A stretch of 64,000 nt of DNA from Macrostomum lignano (taxonomy: Eukaryota), in NCBI GenBank assembly GCA_002269645.1, contig NIVC01000461.1, forward strand, positions 525,377-589,376, read 5' to 3'. How positions within the stretch are numbered: the first letter of the stretch is position 1; each line of letters starts with the position of its first letter. Shown piece by piece: positions 41,401 to 51,461 of the stretch. Under the pieces are notes generated by a model. The model worked only from the letters and a program-made list of their open reading frames with translations, ran no database searches and had not been told where the DNA came from. Both the position numbers and the translations under genes were made by a program.

Positions 41401-42261
41401 CAATGGCAGTGGAGAAATGGCATTTGAGAGGTTTTATAGAGGATTTGGAGAGGATTTGGAAGATGGAATTCGGGTCATCGGATTCAGCTGATGGATTTCA
41501 TGGAAATGGAATTCTGGCGATGGAAGTTCCATCCCTCCTCCAACGGAGGAGTTGGCCTCGTCATTATTATCACTATGTCTCAAATAACCAGGGACACAAA
41601 AATATTCCATACGCTTCCTCGAAATTCCGAGGGCAGGTGCTGAAGTTTATGCGGCAGGATTTTGTTTATTGTCAAGGAGTTGACAACAGGCGCCTGAGCC
41701 GTGAGAGGCCCAGGATTTGCAACAGGCTTTGCCGGGCGCTGTCTGTCACAGGATCTGCACACGCGGGGATTTGCTCATCAGAGTTGTCATTCCAGGGTCC
41801 GAGGAAAAAGGGTAATATAACAAGTTGCGCATTTTGGGGGGAATTATAGGTATCAAGTTTTTTCAGTCAAGGAGACTTTAGTGCGTTTCGGTTTGCAGGT
41901 GCAGGCATAATGGATTGGGCGGTAGAGCGGATTGATGCCGACTCTTACGAGTATATAGCCTTTCGCTTTTCAAGCAGAAACGCGGCAGTTTTTCAGCGAA
42001 TTTGCTGGAATAAAAAATTCACTTTTTGCGACCTTCGGGGGAGCTTGCATAAAACAACAACTAGCTAGTGCGGGTTCAATTAGCAATTGACTTTGCCAGC
42101 TCGCTCTTGGTTTCTGGACAAACAGCACTTCCTTCTTTGATAAAATATTCTGCAAAAAAACTATGTGCGCGCTATTTAAATACGCTGGATTCGTGGTTGC
42201 GAAATCCATTATCAATTATTTTGTCTCAGTCTGTTCGCTCCTCTCCGTTCTTTCTACCCAT

Positions 42262-45235
42262 TCAACAGATGTCGTGCCACTGGTGCACCGTGCTGGGCTG
42301 GTTCCGGAAACAGTCGCTCCACTGGGCTGCCCCGCTGCCTCCGGCGACGCTCACCGGCCCGATGACCGCCCGGCCGAGGAGGCGGGCGCCGACCATGGCC
42401 ATGCGGGTGCGGGCGCAGGCTACCACCATGAGGTAGGTCTCGCCGTCATCCTGAGCGCCCGGCGCCACTCGGAACCGGAACTCCTGGTTGATAGTAGACA
42501 GCTCGGCTGAGCTCGATAGCTTCAACGGCGGGCCTTTGCGCGACTTCTTTTTGCGCTCTTGGCGCATCAGGCTGACTCGGAATTGCACTGAGACTGTTGG
42601 CGATAGAGGCGGGGTGGGTTAATCGATGTTTTGTTAAACCTGTTGCTTAATATAATGGACATTTTTCTTAGAAATAAGCTTTCGAGGAATCGAATTTCTC
42701 TCGACCGAATCTTTCTATGGCAAAACTCCATTCAGCGCCATCCATGCGGTCTTGAGAGCACGCTAAATGCGACAAATATCCGTTCCTTACCGGCCTAGGA
42801 ACCATGGACAGCTAAAAAACCTTCTGGACTTCCCATTTGCAAATGAACGAAGCGTGCATTTTGTCCGAGATGATCCGAGTCTCTTTAGCTAATGCTTTAA
42901 AATGCTAAAAAGCCAGCGAAATGTGGACCATTTGCAAGTGCAGAGGCTCCTACCTCGTCTGAGGATCTGAGATAAAAAACACACATCTGCCTAGTGCTCG
43001 TACTTCTTCCAGTCAGACAGTCAGTTACCTGACCTGTGTAGATGAAGTATGTTAGCTTTTTACCTGTGCCTGCTGACTGCTCACAATGAGCACAATGCCC
43101 GGATTTGGGACCGGCTCAACGAGAGCTCTCTCTCTCTCTCTCTGCCTCTCAATAAAAGTCATCACTAAGCCTGCATATTAGCCTGGGCAGGCCCTGGGAT
43201 CGGGAAGGGACTCACCGTCAGTGTCTTTCACTCGGAGGTCGCGGCACTCGAGTAGGCCAACGGTGAGCAGGCGCTGCTTCTGGCTGTAGGCCAGCGAGGC
43301 GTGCAGGCGGCTGGGAGGCTGGCCCGGCCGGCTCTGCGGAGGCGGAGGGGGGAGGCGGTTGCGCGAAGCTGCATGTAAAGACAGAAAGAGCAGACTAAAT
43401 GGCTGCCCATGCAGTCCAAGCCAGCTAAGGGGCTTTGGGTGTGGCCAAATATGGAGCCGAGCGAGACCCCATGGCTGCACTTCTAATAAACTATTTAGTC
43501 TGGGGCCAACTCAAAGTTAATGAGGAAGTGAGTAAACACGATACCAAGAGGGTTGTCGACAGTGCAATTTGATGGAGCATTGGGCTCGTTATCGTTTACT
43601 CTAGCGTCTATAGCAACCGACATCTTGATTAACTGCGCTATTGGAGTCAAGGTCATTAATCAGTTAGGCGATGCGATCTTATTAGCTAACTCGGTTCGAA
43701 GTCAGAGATCCATCAAAGTTTGCGCGCACTGTTTGTGAAAAAGTACAAACTGGACCTCTTCGAAGCGAGACTGGACTTCTTCTAAACAAGACTGGATCTC
43801 TTGTAAAACAAGACTTGACCTCTTCTAAAACAAGACTGGACCTCTTCTAAACAAGACTGGACCTCTTGTAAAACAGGACTGGACCTCTTCGAAGCGATAC
43901 TGGACCTCTTCGAAGCGATACTGGACCTCTTCGAAGCGAAACTGGACCTCTTCTAAAACAAGACTGGACCTCTTCGAAGCGAGACTGGACCTCTTCTAAA
44001 CAGGACTGGACCTCTTCGAAGCGATACTGGACCTCTTCGAAGCGATACTGGACCTCTTCGAAGCGAAACTGGACCTCTTCTAAACAGGACTGGACCTCTT
44101 CGAAGCGAGACTGGACCTCTTCTAAACAGGACTGGACCTCTTCGAAGCGAGACTGGGACGGCCCCAATAGCCTAACCTTAGTAGATATGCACCTTGTCAA
44201 AGAGCATCTCAGCGGAACTCTCCAAACGCATCAACTCACAGCCAACTCGCTCGGTGGAGTTTGCAGGTCGCGCCAGAACTCGTGACCGCCGGCGCCCAGC
44301 TTCAGAAGCGGAGCCGCCGGGATGCTGCACACGCCCAACAGCTGCGACTTGCCGCGGAAGCTGGTCGCCCGCTCCTTGACGCGAAAGACGAGCAACAGGT
44401 CGCGCGCCGCCTCCTCGCTGTCGCAGTGCAGCACAAAGCGACGCTCAAGAAATTTCGGATTGCAGGCGGCGCTCACAAGCTGGGTCCGGTGCTTACCGCC
44501 GTCCGGGCCGGCTCTGAATGACACGTAGAAGAAGCTCACGTTGCCAGGCAACCGGCTCATCAGGTGGCGCGCCTCCAGCACAGTCACGGCCAGCCGGCCG
44601 CCTGACTCCATCTCCAGCCGGACGCACAGCCGGCCAAGCGAGGTCTCGTGGCGAGCCGAGCCGCAGTCCGAGTCGGCGCTTTCGGCGCCACGGTACAGGT
44701 TGACGTCGATGCCGAACTCCTCCAGCAGCGAGGCTGTTGTGTCGGCGTCTCTGCTGGATGACCCGGACTGCGGTAGCTGCTGCTGGTCCTGCACGTCGCC
44801 CTGACTCCGGGCTCGCTGGCGTCGAAGATAGTCAACGGCGCCGCCAGCGCGGCTTCGGGACGGCTGGCCGCTTGACGGCTCCTCTACGGAGGTGCCGCTG
44901 CCGATTCGTCGGCCGCCTCGGGTGGTGAAGGTCCGGTAGCTGGCCGGCTGCTGCAGCGGCACGGCGATACCTCCGCGGGTCTCGTCGACCGTGCGGGCCG
45001 ACATCCAAGCGAAGCAGCAGTTGCTGTCACGCCGACTGTCGCTGCTGCTGCTGCTGCCACCGCCGCCACTGCTGCAGCTGCTGTTGTCGCTGCTGAAGAT
45101 GCTCCGGCGGAAGGTTTTGGCTTTTTGCTGCTTCCGCCTGCGCCACAGCCAGAAGCCGGCGGCGGTGGCAGCAGCCGCAGCGACGCAGACCGCTGCCACA
45201 CCGGCCGCCAGAATGGCCGCCTCGGCTGCCTGCAT
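42262..45235 (-). CDS. Atypical synaptotagmin-like protein (N-terminal TM, C2A, C2B), 481 aa, 3 exons
   Basis: complement(join(42262..42593,43216..43333,44240..45235)) = 1446 nt, GT-AG and frame-consistent. Hydrophobic N-terminus followed by WRRRKQQK; C2A GRLCVRL..RLAVTVLEARHL..NPKF; C2B RLHASLAY..LLTVGLLECRDL..INQEFRFRV..LLGRAVIG..QWH. Confidence 0.82.
43745..44155. repeat. 21-bp minisatellite (CTGGACCTCTTCGAAGCGAGA), about 19 copies, synaptotagmin intron 1
   Basis: Tandem units directly visible. Confidence 0.92.
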
Positions 45236-46964
45236 GCTCTCTGACTTGCCTGCCTGTCTGTTGATGATGGAGTCTGTTGATGACTCAATCTTAAGATTCT
45301 TCAGTACGGGCGAACTGAAAGTTTTTACTCGGCTGATTTCGTCTGATGATATTTTTGGTTTTTCCTATTCGAGAGATTCCCGATTTTATAGACTGTCGCC
45401 CACCCCTGGCGCGAAATCCTCTTTGAGTCTCTGCTCCCACATCCCCGCTCCCCTGTTCCTTCTCTACTCGCTCGCCTTCCGTACGCTTGAGATTGGCCAA
45501 TCCCGGTTCGACCCGAACAAAAATGATCTCCAAGCCTGCCCAGAATCCCGCGCCTCATCCTTCAACAGACATCCCTTGGCGCGTCTTACCTGTGAGGGGG
45601 GAGGGGTGGGTGGAGATGATAATCAGCAGGAGTAGCAATATTGAAAATAACTGGCAAAAATTTCGCGCCCGCTCTGATGCGTGTTTTTGTCGCTAAGTAG
45701 CGGCTGAGTGGGTAGAGAGGCAGGTAAGGGAGTTATTGGAAAATTTGTTTACTGCCTGCTGGCACCCGAAATTGCCGCCGCTCCAGTTGCCGCTTTCAGC
45801 GCCTGGGATTTAAAGAGACCGGCAAATTGAGCAATCTCGACTCGGGAAGGCGCGGGGGTGGAGACTTATCGCGAATAAGCGGCTGCTCTAGAGCCGCACC
45901 TGGCTCTTGTCTATTATTATTTCCCAGCTTGAGTATGGGAATCGCTGAGTGCCCGCTTAGCAGGTAGGGCCGGAGAAGGGGGGCGCTAAGCTCCGCGGGG
46001 TCCGGTTGCCCATCATCTCCCGGCTTTAATGAGCTGCGTTGCCTCGTCTTCAGCCTCGTCAGCAACGGTTCACTCTCGTGTAATAAAATATTGCATAAAG
46101 AATGCGTTTGACGGCTCAAATGAAGGACCTCGCCATCTGTCCGATTAGCTGCTATTCGAGACCTCGCGATTTTAATAAGCGGCTTTGCTAATCCAGCAGC
46201 AGCAATTCGAGCTGGGGCGGGGGGCGGTGCTTCGACGAACAGAGATTAAGAAACCTTCCTTAGCTTCCTTTCTGTTCCTTGCTATGTCTCTTAAAAGCAT
46301 TGCGGTGTTGCTTTGGAAGCTAAAATTTGATTTATTTGCTATCTTTCAGGCGCCGCCGCCCGGGCTAGGAGGCCATTTTTGAGAGCGACACCTTGCATAA
46401 TCAAATGGATTGCATGGAAAGGTGACAGGCGGAATAAAGGATTGGATTATAAAACAGGTGGCTAATTTAACTAATGGCACTCAGGTAGACTCTTCTCTTG
46501 GCTCACTAAATGCACTACGACTGTGGAATACTTTTGTACCTTAGTTTTTTTGTTTTTGTTTTTTGCGTCTTTAGCACAAAATGCTCTTTTTATGAGGGAA
46601 TTTTGAGGGAAAGTTACATTTTTTCGAGGCCAATTTCCTGGGAAAACACTGTGGAGATAGGAAAAGTTTATTTTTTTCATAAACAAATCTATGATTGCAT
46701 TTGATCTGGGGCAGTGAAGATAACCATTATTTTAATTTAACATGCACAAATGTTGCTCTGTTGTATTTTATATAGTTGGATTGTGAAAGATTCATTTTCC
46801 TATTATTTTCTTTTCATTTAATATGCTGAAGCCACGTACAGTTAGTTGTACATACTCTCAAGTGAAGTTTTCATTTTATTTCATCTTGAAACAAGTATAT
46901 TTGTAATAAATTTGTTGCATGTGCAGGTACTCTAATGCAGATAAGAAAAGGTAGTCTGTGATAA

Positions 46965-47675
46965 AGTGCATGGCCAGTGAGCAATGTGGCTCTTTGTTGT
47001 GGTCTGATATACTGTACATGTAGCTAAAGTGGCCAGTGAGCAATGTGGCTCTTTGTTGTGGTCTGATACATGTAGCTTAAGTCGCCAGTGAGCAATGTGG
47101 CTCTTTGTTGTGGTCTGATACATGTAGCTTAAGTCGCCAGTGAGCAATGTGGCTCTTTGTTGTGGTCTGATACATGTAGCTTAAGTCGCCAGTGAGCAAT
47201 GTGGCTCTTTGTTGTGGTCTGATACATGTAGCTTAAGTCGCCAGTGAGCAATGTGGCTCTTTGTTGTGGTCTGATACATGTAGCTTAAGTCGCCAGTGAG
47301 CAATGTGGCTCTTTGTTGTGGTCTGATATGGTACATGTAGCTTAAGTCGCCAGTGAGCAATGTGGCTCTTTGTTGTGGTCTGATATACTGTACATGTAGC
47401 TAAAGTGGCCAGTGAGCAATGTGGCTCTTTGTTGTGGTCTGATACATGTAGCTTAAGTCGCCAGTGAGCAATGTGGCTCTTTGTTGTGGTCTGATACATG
47501 TAGCTTAAGTCGCCAGTGAGCAATGTGGCTCTTTGTTGTGGTCTGATACATGTAGCTTAAGTCGCCAGTGAGCAATGTGGCTCTTTGTTGTGGTCTGATA
47601 CATGTAGCTTAAGTCGCCAGTGAGCAATGTGGCTCTTTGTTGTGGTCTGATACATGTAGCTTAAGTCGCCAGTGG
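46965..47675. repeat. 52-bp minisatellite (GCCAGTGAGCAATGTGGCTCTTTGTTGTGGTCTGATACATGTAGCTTAAGTC), about 13 copies
   Basis: Period 52 measured between 47101 and 47153. Confidence 0.95.
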
Positions 47676-48930
47676 CGCAACGGGTGTCATGGATGTCGCA
47701 GCGATCGTGCGGCGCATGGAAGGATTCACTCGTCGTTGAGCTTCAGACTTTCTGTTGAGCAAACGACTGAAGAAGCATATTGGAGACGGAAACAAAAAGA
47801 GGGGAGGGGATCGAAGCACGTGAATTATGCAGACCAGAAGTGGAGCAGCAGAGGCAGTCAGATAGAAGCTTTATCCGAGACTCAACCGATCGTGACACAC
47901 GAGACCCAGAGCCGAGGCGTGCATGGCTAAACGGCTTATGCATACCAATAGGCGCGAAAGGCTTCAGTAAAAATTTGCCCCAGACTCAAGCATCAGAGAG
48001 TACAGAATCCCTGCAAACACAGCAGCAGGCAAGCAGTTTTTTATCTAGCTCAGGCGCATCCCCCCAGGCATGCGCACGAATTCTATACACGAACTCGAGC
48101 ATTCTGCACGGCATTAGTAGCTAAGGGGCAATTATACTGTGCGTATTATGTGCCAGAACACAATACCAATTCACAGCTGCTTTGCCTCCTTCATCATTGT
48201 CTATATCTCTAGTCTGCCGCCCACTCTCGCCGCTGTTGAGCATTCTGTACTATTTGATGTTAGTTGAACAAATTCGTGCAGAGTGAATTATAAATGTGCA
48301 TTATTAATGAAATAATTCTCAAACTGAGTTGTTGCAGAGACTGCAAGCATCATTCCAGATCCCTTCTTTATTTGTTAAATATAAAAAATAGCCGCGATGC
48401 TGCATGGCCTTTAGGGTTATATTTATGAACATATATATTGAACTTCTACATATATTACAAACATATTGAACTTCTGTTTAACACGTAGAACAATTACTAT
48501 ACCATGAAGGGTTCATGTAAAATAGAAATTTCTCAAGCTATTGTTTTTTATCGATAACACCGGCAACCCACGGCTTTTAAATGGCTGTAAGTCGCAGTAA
48601 GAATGCTCTGGGCCCAGCTTAGGAAAATTTTCTGCCGAGCTTTTCACTGTATCTACCTACAGAAGAAAATACCGCTAAGAAAATGCACACCTTGTAGGAA
48701 ACATTTCAGCAAGTAATTATCCTGTATCCCAGAGACAATTTGAGCGAACGGCTATTTGCAATCCCTCTGCAGCTGCTGCTCCGCGGCCGAACCAACATCT
48801 GACTCGTACACACGTATGTAGATGGGATTTCCTCAATGCTACGCTCGTAGATTGTATGATTGTATAGTTATGTTGCATCTTTGAAGAATGGTTAAAGCGT
48901 AGCGCACTGTATAGAATTATCGGGTCTCTA

Positions 48931-49383
48931 CTCAGCAACAGCTAAACCCCCCCCCCCAACTCACGCTGTCACACGGCCCAAAAGTTTTGTATGCCATCGG
49001 TGACTCAGAAATGTGTGAAGGCTGCCGCCGCCAGACGCGAGCGCAAAGTGCGGCATGGGGGATTTGGTGAGGGGGTGGCGCAACTCAAAGTCTCCAGACA
49101 TGAACCCCATCGAGCATGTCTGGGACTTTGTAAAGCGAAGAGTTCAGCAGGATGCCCCACAGAATGCTGAACAGTTGCGACTGGCGGTGCTGAATGCCTG
49201 GCAGCAGCTGCCCCAAGAGTTCATCAACCGGCTGGTGATCAGGATGCCACGACGAGTCACGGCACTTTTGCATGCTCGTGGTTCCTACACACGATACTGA
49301 GACTAGAATTAAAGACATTGCTTAACTTTTGTGCCCGTGTGACAGCGTGAGTTGGGGGGGGGGGGGGGTTAGCTGTTGCTGAG
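48931..49383 (+). mobile_element. 453-bp internally deleted Tc1-like element
   Basis: TA-flanked TIRs of about 50 bp (CTCAGCAACAGCTAA-polyC-AACTCACGCTGTCACACGG); retains the transposase C-terminus SPDMNPIEHVWD...AWQQLPQEFINRLVIRMPRRVTALLHARGSYTRY (49055-49300). Confidence 0.88.
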
Positions 49384-49521
49384 TATATAAGAATTTCCCG
49401 CAGCGATGTTTTCCCGCAGCGAGGTTTTCCCGAAGGGTTATTCCAGTCGGAATTTCAAGTCAGATCCAATCGGATTTGAAATCTAGTCTAGTCCAGTTCT
49501 AATCTAGTATAGTTTTTAATC

Positions 49522-49771
49522 GCACGCGAAGGTGTATTCAGCACGCCAGTGAAGTATGAGACAGACCAGGCCTAAGGGCTACGGTCTGCGATGCTTCACG
49601 CCTGCCCCTATATTCAGCAGGTCAAGGCTGGAGAGGGAGGTCTGCACCCGCTATTTGCCACTGGCAGCCGCAGACCCCCCCCTCACGCTGTTTCACAAGT
49701 CGACCCAGGGTACTCGTCCCCGCGTGTGTTCAAGGCAGACCCTAGGGCTGCTGGACAGACTGGGCTCCGAC
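49522..49771 (+). ncRNA. Predicted HDV-like self-cleaving ribozyme at the retrotransposon 5' end
   Basis: P1 GCACGCG 49522-28 / CGCGTGT 49721-27 with G1-U wobble; P2 GACCCA 49702-07 / TGGG(C)TC 49761-67; P3 GGG / CCC 49708-10 / 49718-20; L3 TACTCGT; P1.1 AC / GT; P4 49730-55; J4/2 CAGAC with candidate catalytic C49756. Predicted cleavage site coincides with the TSD boundary. Confidence 0.8.
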
Positions 49772-49992
49772 GCTGGCGACCCATCCAGTGGCTTCGGCCG
49801 AATTTGGGTATGCGGGTCTGGCTTGCCAGCCTGCAGGCCGTGGTACTGCTTAACGTACCCCCTAATGCCTAAGGTGTTTGACCGTGCCGATGGGCTGGAA
49901 GGCCGGGGGGTTGTCCGGTCGCTAGCGGTCCTTTTCTTTTTCTTCTTTCCTCTTTCTTTTGTGACTCAGCTCACTCCTTCCCGCTTTCAGCT

Positions 49993-51459
49993 ATGGCGTC
50001 ATCCGCCTCTTTAACCCCCGCTGAAGCCGGGGCCCCGGCAACTCCGGCCGGTGACTCTGGCACCAGCGCCGCCCCACCGGGGGCAGATGGGCTTGCCGCC
50101 GGCTCGGCTGGTGACATGCCCGCACGCGCAACCGGGCCCTCCGCTGAAGCCCGACGCACCCGCAACCAACGCCGCAACGAGCGGCGACGGCGACTACGGG
50201 GTACTGCGGGCCGGCCACCGGCGGAAGGGGAACCTAGGGAGGGCGAGGCTGCTGTTGGGCCGAAAGGAACCACAGCAACCCCTGCCCCCCAGGATACAAC
50301 CCCCGCTGGTGAGCCACCCAGTATACCTGCTACAAGCGCGGCCGGGCCTTCGGGAACCGCCGCCACCAACTACGCCTCAAAGGTCAAGCTCCAACCGGCG
50401 GTCATCGTCTTCGGGGAAGAGCAGGACCTCACGGCCGACGAGCTCGACAGTGCCTGGCGCACCATCGATGCTGCGCTCATCGACCAGCTCCTGGCGGGCC
50501 GCCCTGTGAGCGTGGTCAAGTCTGCCAAGACCGACGGCTGCATCTTCATCTGGTGCAGCTCGGAGGAGAGCAGCCGCAATCTACGCGAGCTTCTGCCAAA
50601 GCTGAACTGGCCCAAGAAGCTCGGCAAGCTCGTCTTCGCCAGCGAGGGCGAACGACAGAAGACCCAGCGCTTTCGCGTCTGGATCCCGGCCGGCAGTGCC
50701 ATTAAGTCCGGAGATCAGCTTAGGCAAATATTGCTAAAGCTGCACCCCGACCTTAAGGTCAACGGGCTCCTACACCACGCCACTTCCCGCAAGGAGAAGG
50801 GGGCTACGGTGATCCTAGGGCTCTCTGATGACTGGGCTAAGCGCTTGCCGCCTAAGTCCACAATTCATATTGGTCTGACTCAGCTGACCATCCTCCGTTG
50901 CGAGGAGCGGAAAGCTGATGAAGCCAAGAATGCCAAAGCTTCCGAAACCGGAACTGGGGCCCAGGCTCCTCCGGCAAAGAAGCCGAGGCAAACGGCCGAT
51001 CCTATGCCCGGTAAGGCAGTTCGCGCTGCTGAAACCGGAAATCGCAATCGCAGACCCGCCAGGAGCACCCGGAGGTCCGGCCTGATCCAGCGCGCGCTGG
51101 ACCAGGCCAAGAACCTTCGTGCGCATCGTGAGCGGGCCCGCGCTTCTCGCGCTCCACCCCAACAGCCAGAAGGCCAGACTCTAAGCGGGGAGGCTCCGAC
51201 CGACTGGTTCGAGTCTGTGACTCACCAGGAGGCTGGCGCCACCCGCATCGACCTGACCGACGAGGCAGAGGGGACGGGCAGTGACAGCACCGAAGCACGC
51301 AGGAGAGGCGACGGTAACGTCCACGCTGGGCTCACGTCCGCGGAGGACTCCACAGCCACCCTAACTGCTGAGGACGCTGAAACTCCCATGGAGGTCTGCG
51401 GGTCACCCACCACTGAAAAGGAGGAGGATGACCTGCTCAACGATTCCCCAACTGCGTGA
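49993..51459 (+). CDS. Retrotransposon ORF1p, 488 aa; central domain resembles DUF4780-type ORF1 of LOA/Lian elements
   Basis: ATG at 49993; globular core (IDAALIDQLL..RFRVWIP..VILGL..IHIGL) flanked by low-complexity and basic regions; no CCHC knuckle. Domain name is from recall, not a search. Confidence 0.85.
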   Translation: MASSASLTPAEAGAPATPAGDSGTSAAPPGADGLAAGSAGDMPARATGPSAEARRTRNQRRNERRRRLRGTAGRPPAEGEPREGEAAVGPKGTTATPAPQDTTPAGEPPSIPATSAAGPSGTAATNYASKVKLQPAVIVFGEEQDLTADELDSAWRTIDAALIDQLLAGRPVSVVKSAKTDGCIFIWCSSEESSRNLRELLPKLNWPKKLGKLVFASEGERQKTQRFRVWIPAGSAIKSGDQLRQILLKLHPDLKVNGLLHHATSRKEKGATVILGLSDDWAKRLPPKSTIHIGLTQLTILRCEERKADEAKNAKASETGTGAQAPPAKKPRQTADPMPGKAVRAAETGNRNRRPARSTRRSGLIQRALDQAKNLRAHRERARASRAPPQQPEGQTLSGEAPTDWFESVTHQEAGATRIDLTDEAEGTGSDSTEARRRGDGNVHAGLTSAEDSTATLTAEDAETPMEVCGSPTTEKEEDDLLNDSPTA

Positions 51460-51461
51460 TA

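Noticed and set aside
41403-41849. 148-aa plus-strand ORF next to the GA tract
   Set aside because: No recognisable domain or splice context; lies antisense and downstream of the synaptotagmin stop.
43178-43215. Read-through GESLPDP after synaptotagmin exon 2, resembling the canonical C2 G..DP motif
   Set aside because: It begins with a consensus donor GTGAGT, hits a stop soon after and has no usable later donor; the phase-1 join to 42593 is frame-consistent.
43847-44200. RFEEVQS coiled-coil-like ORF
   Set aside because: Translation of the 21-bp intronic minisatellite.
3975-47675. Regular repeats as a possible CRISPR array
   Set aside because: No unique spacers, no cas genes, eukaryotic spliced-gene context.
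47670-48240. CAGTGGCG...CGCCGCTG as hAT-like ends
   Set aside because: Only 7 of 8 bases match and there is no 8-bp TSD.
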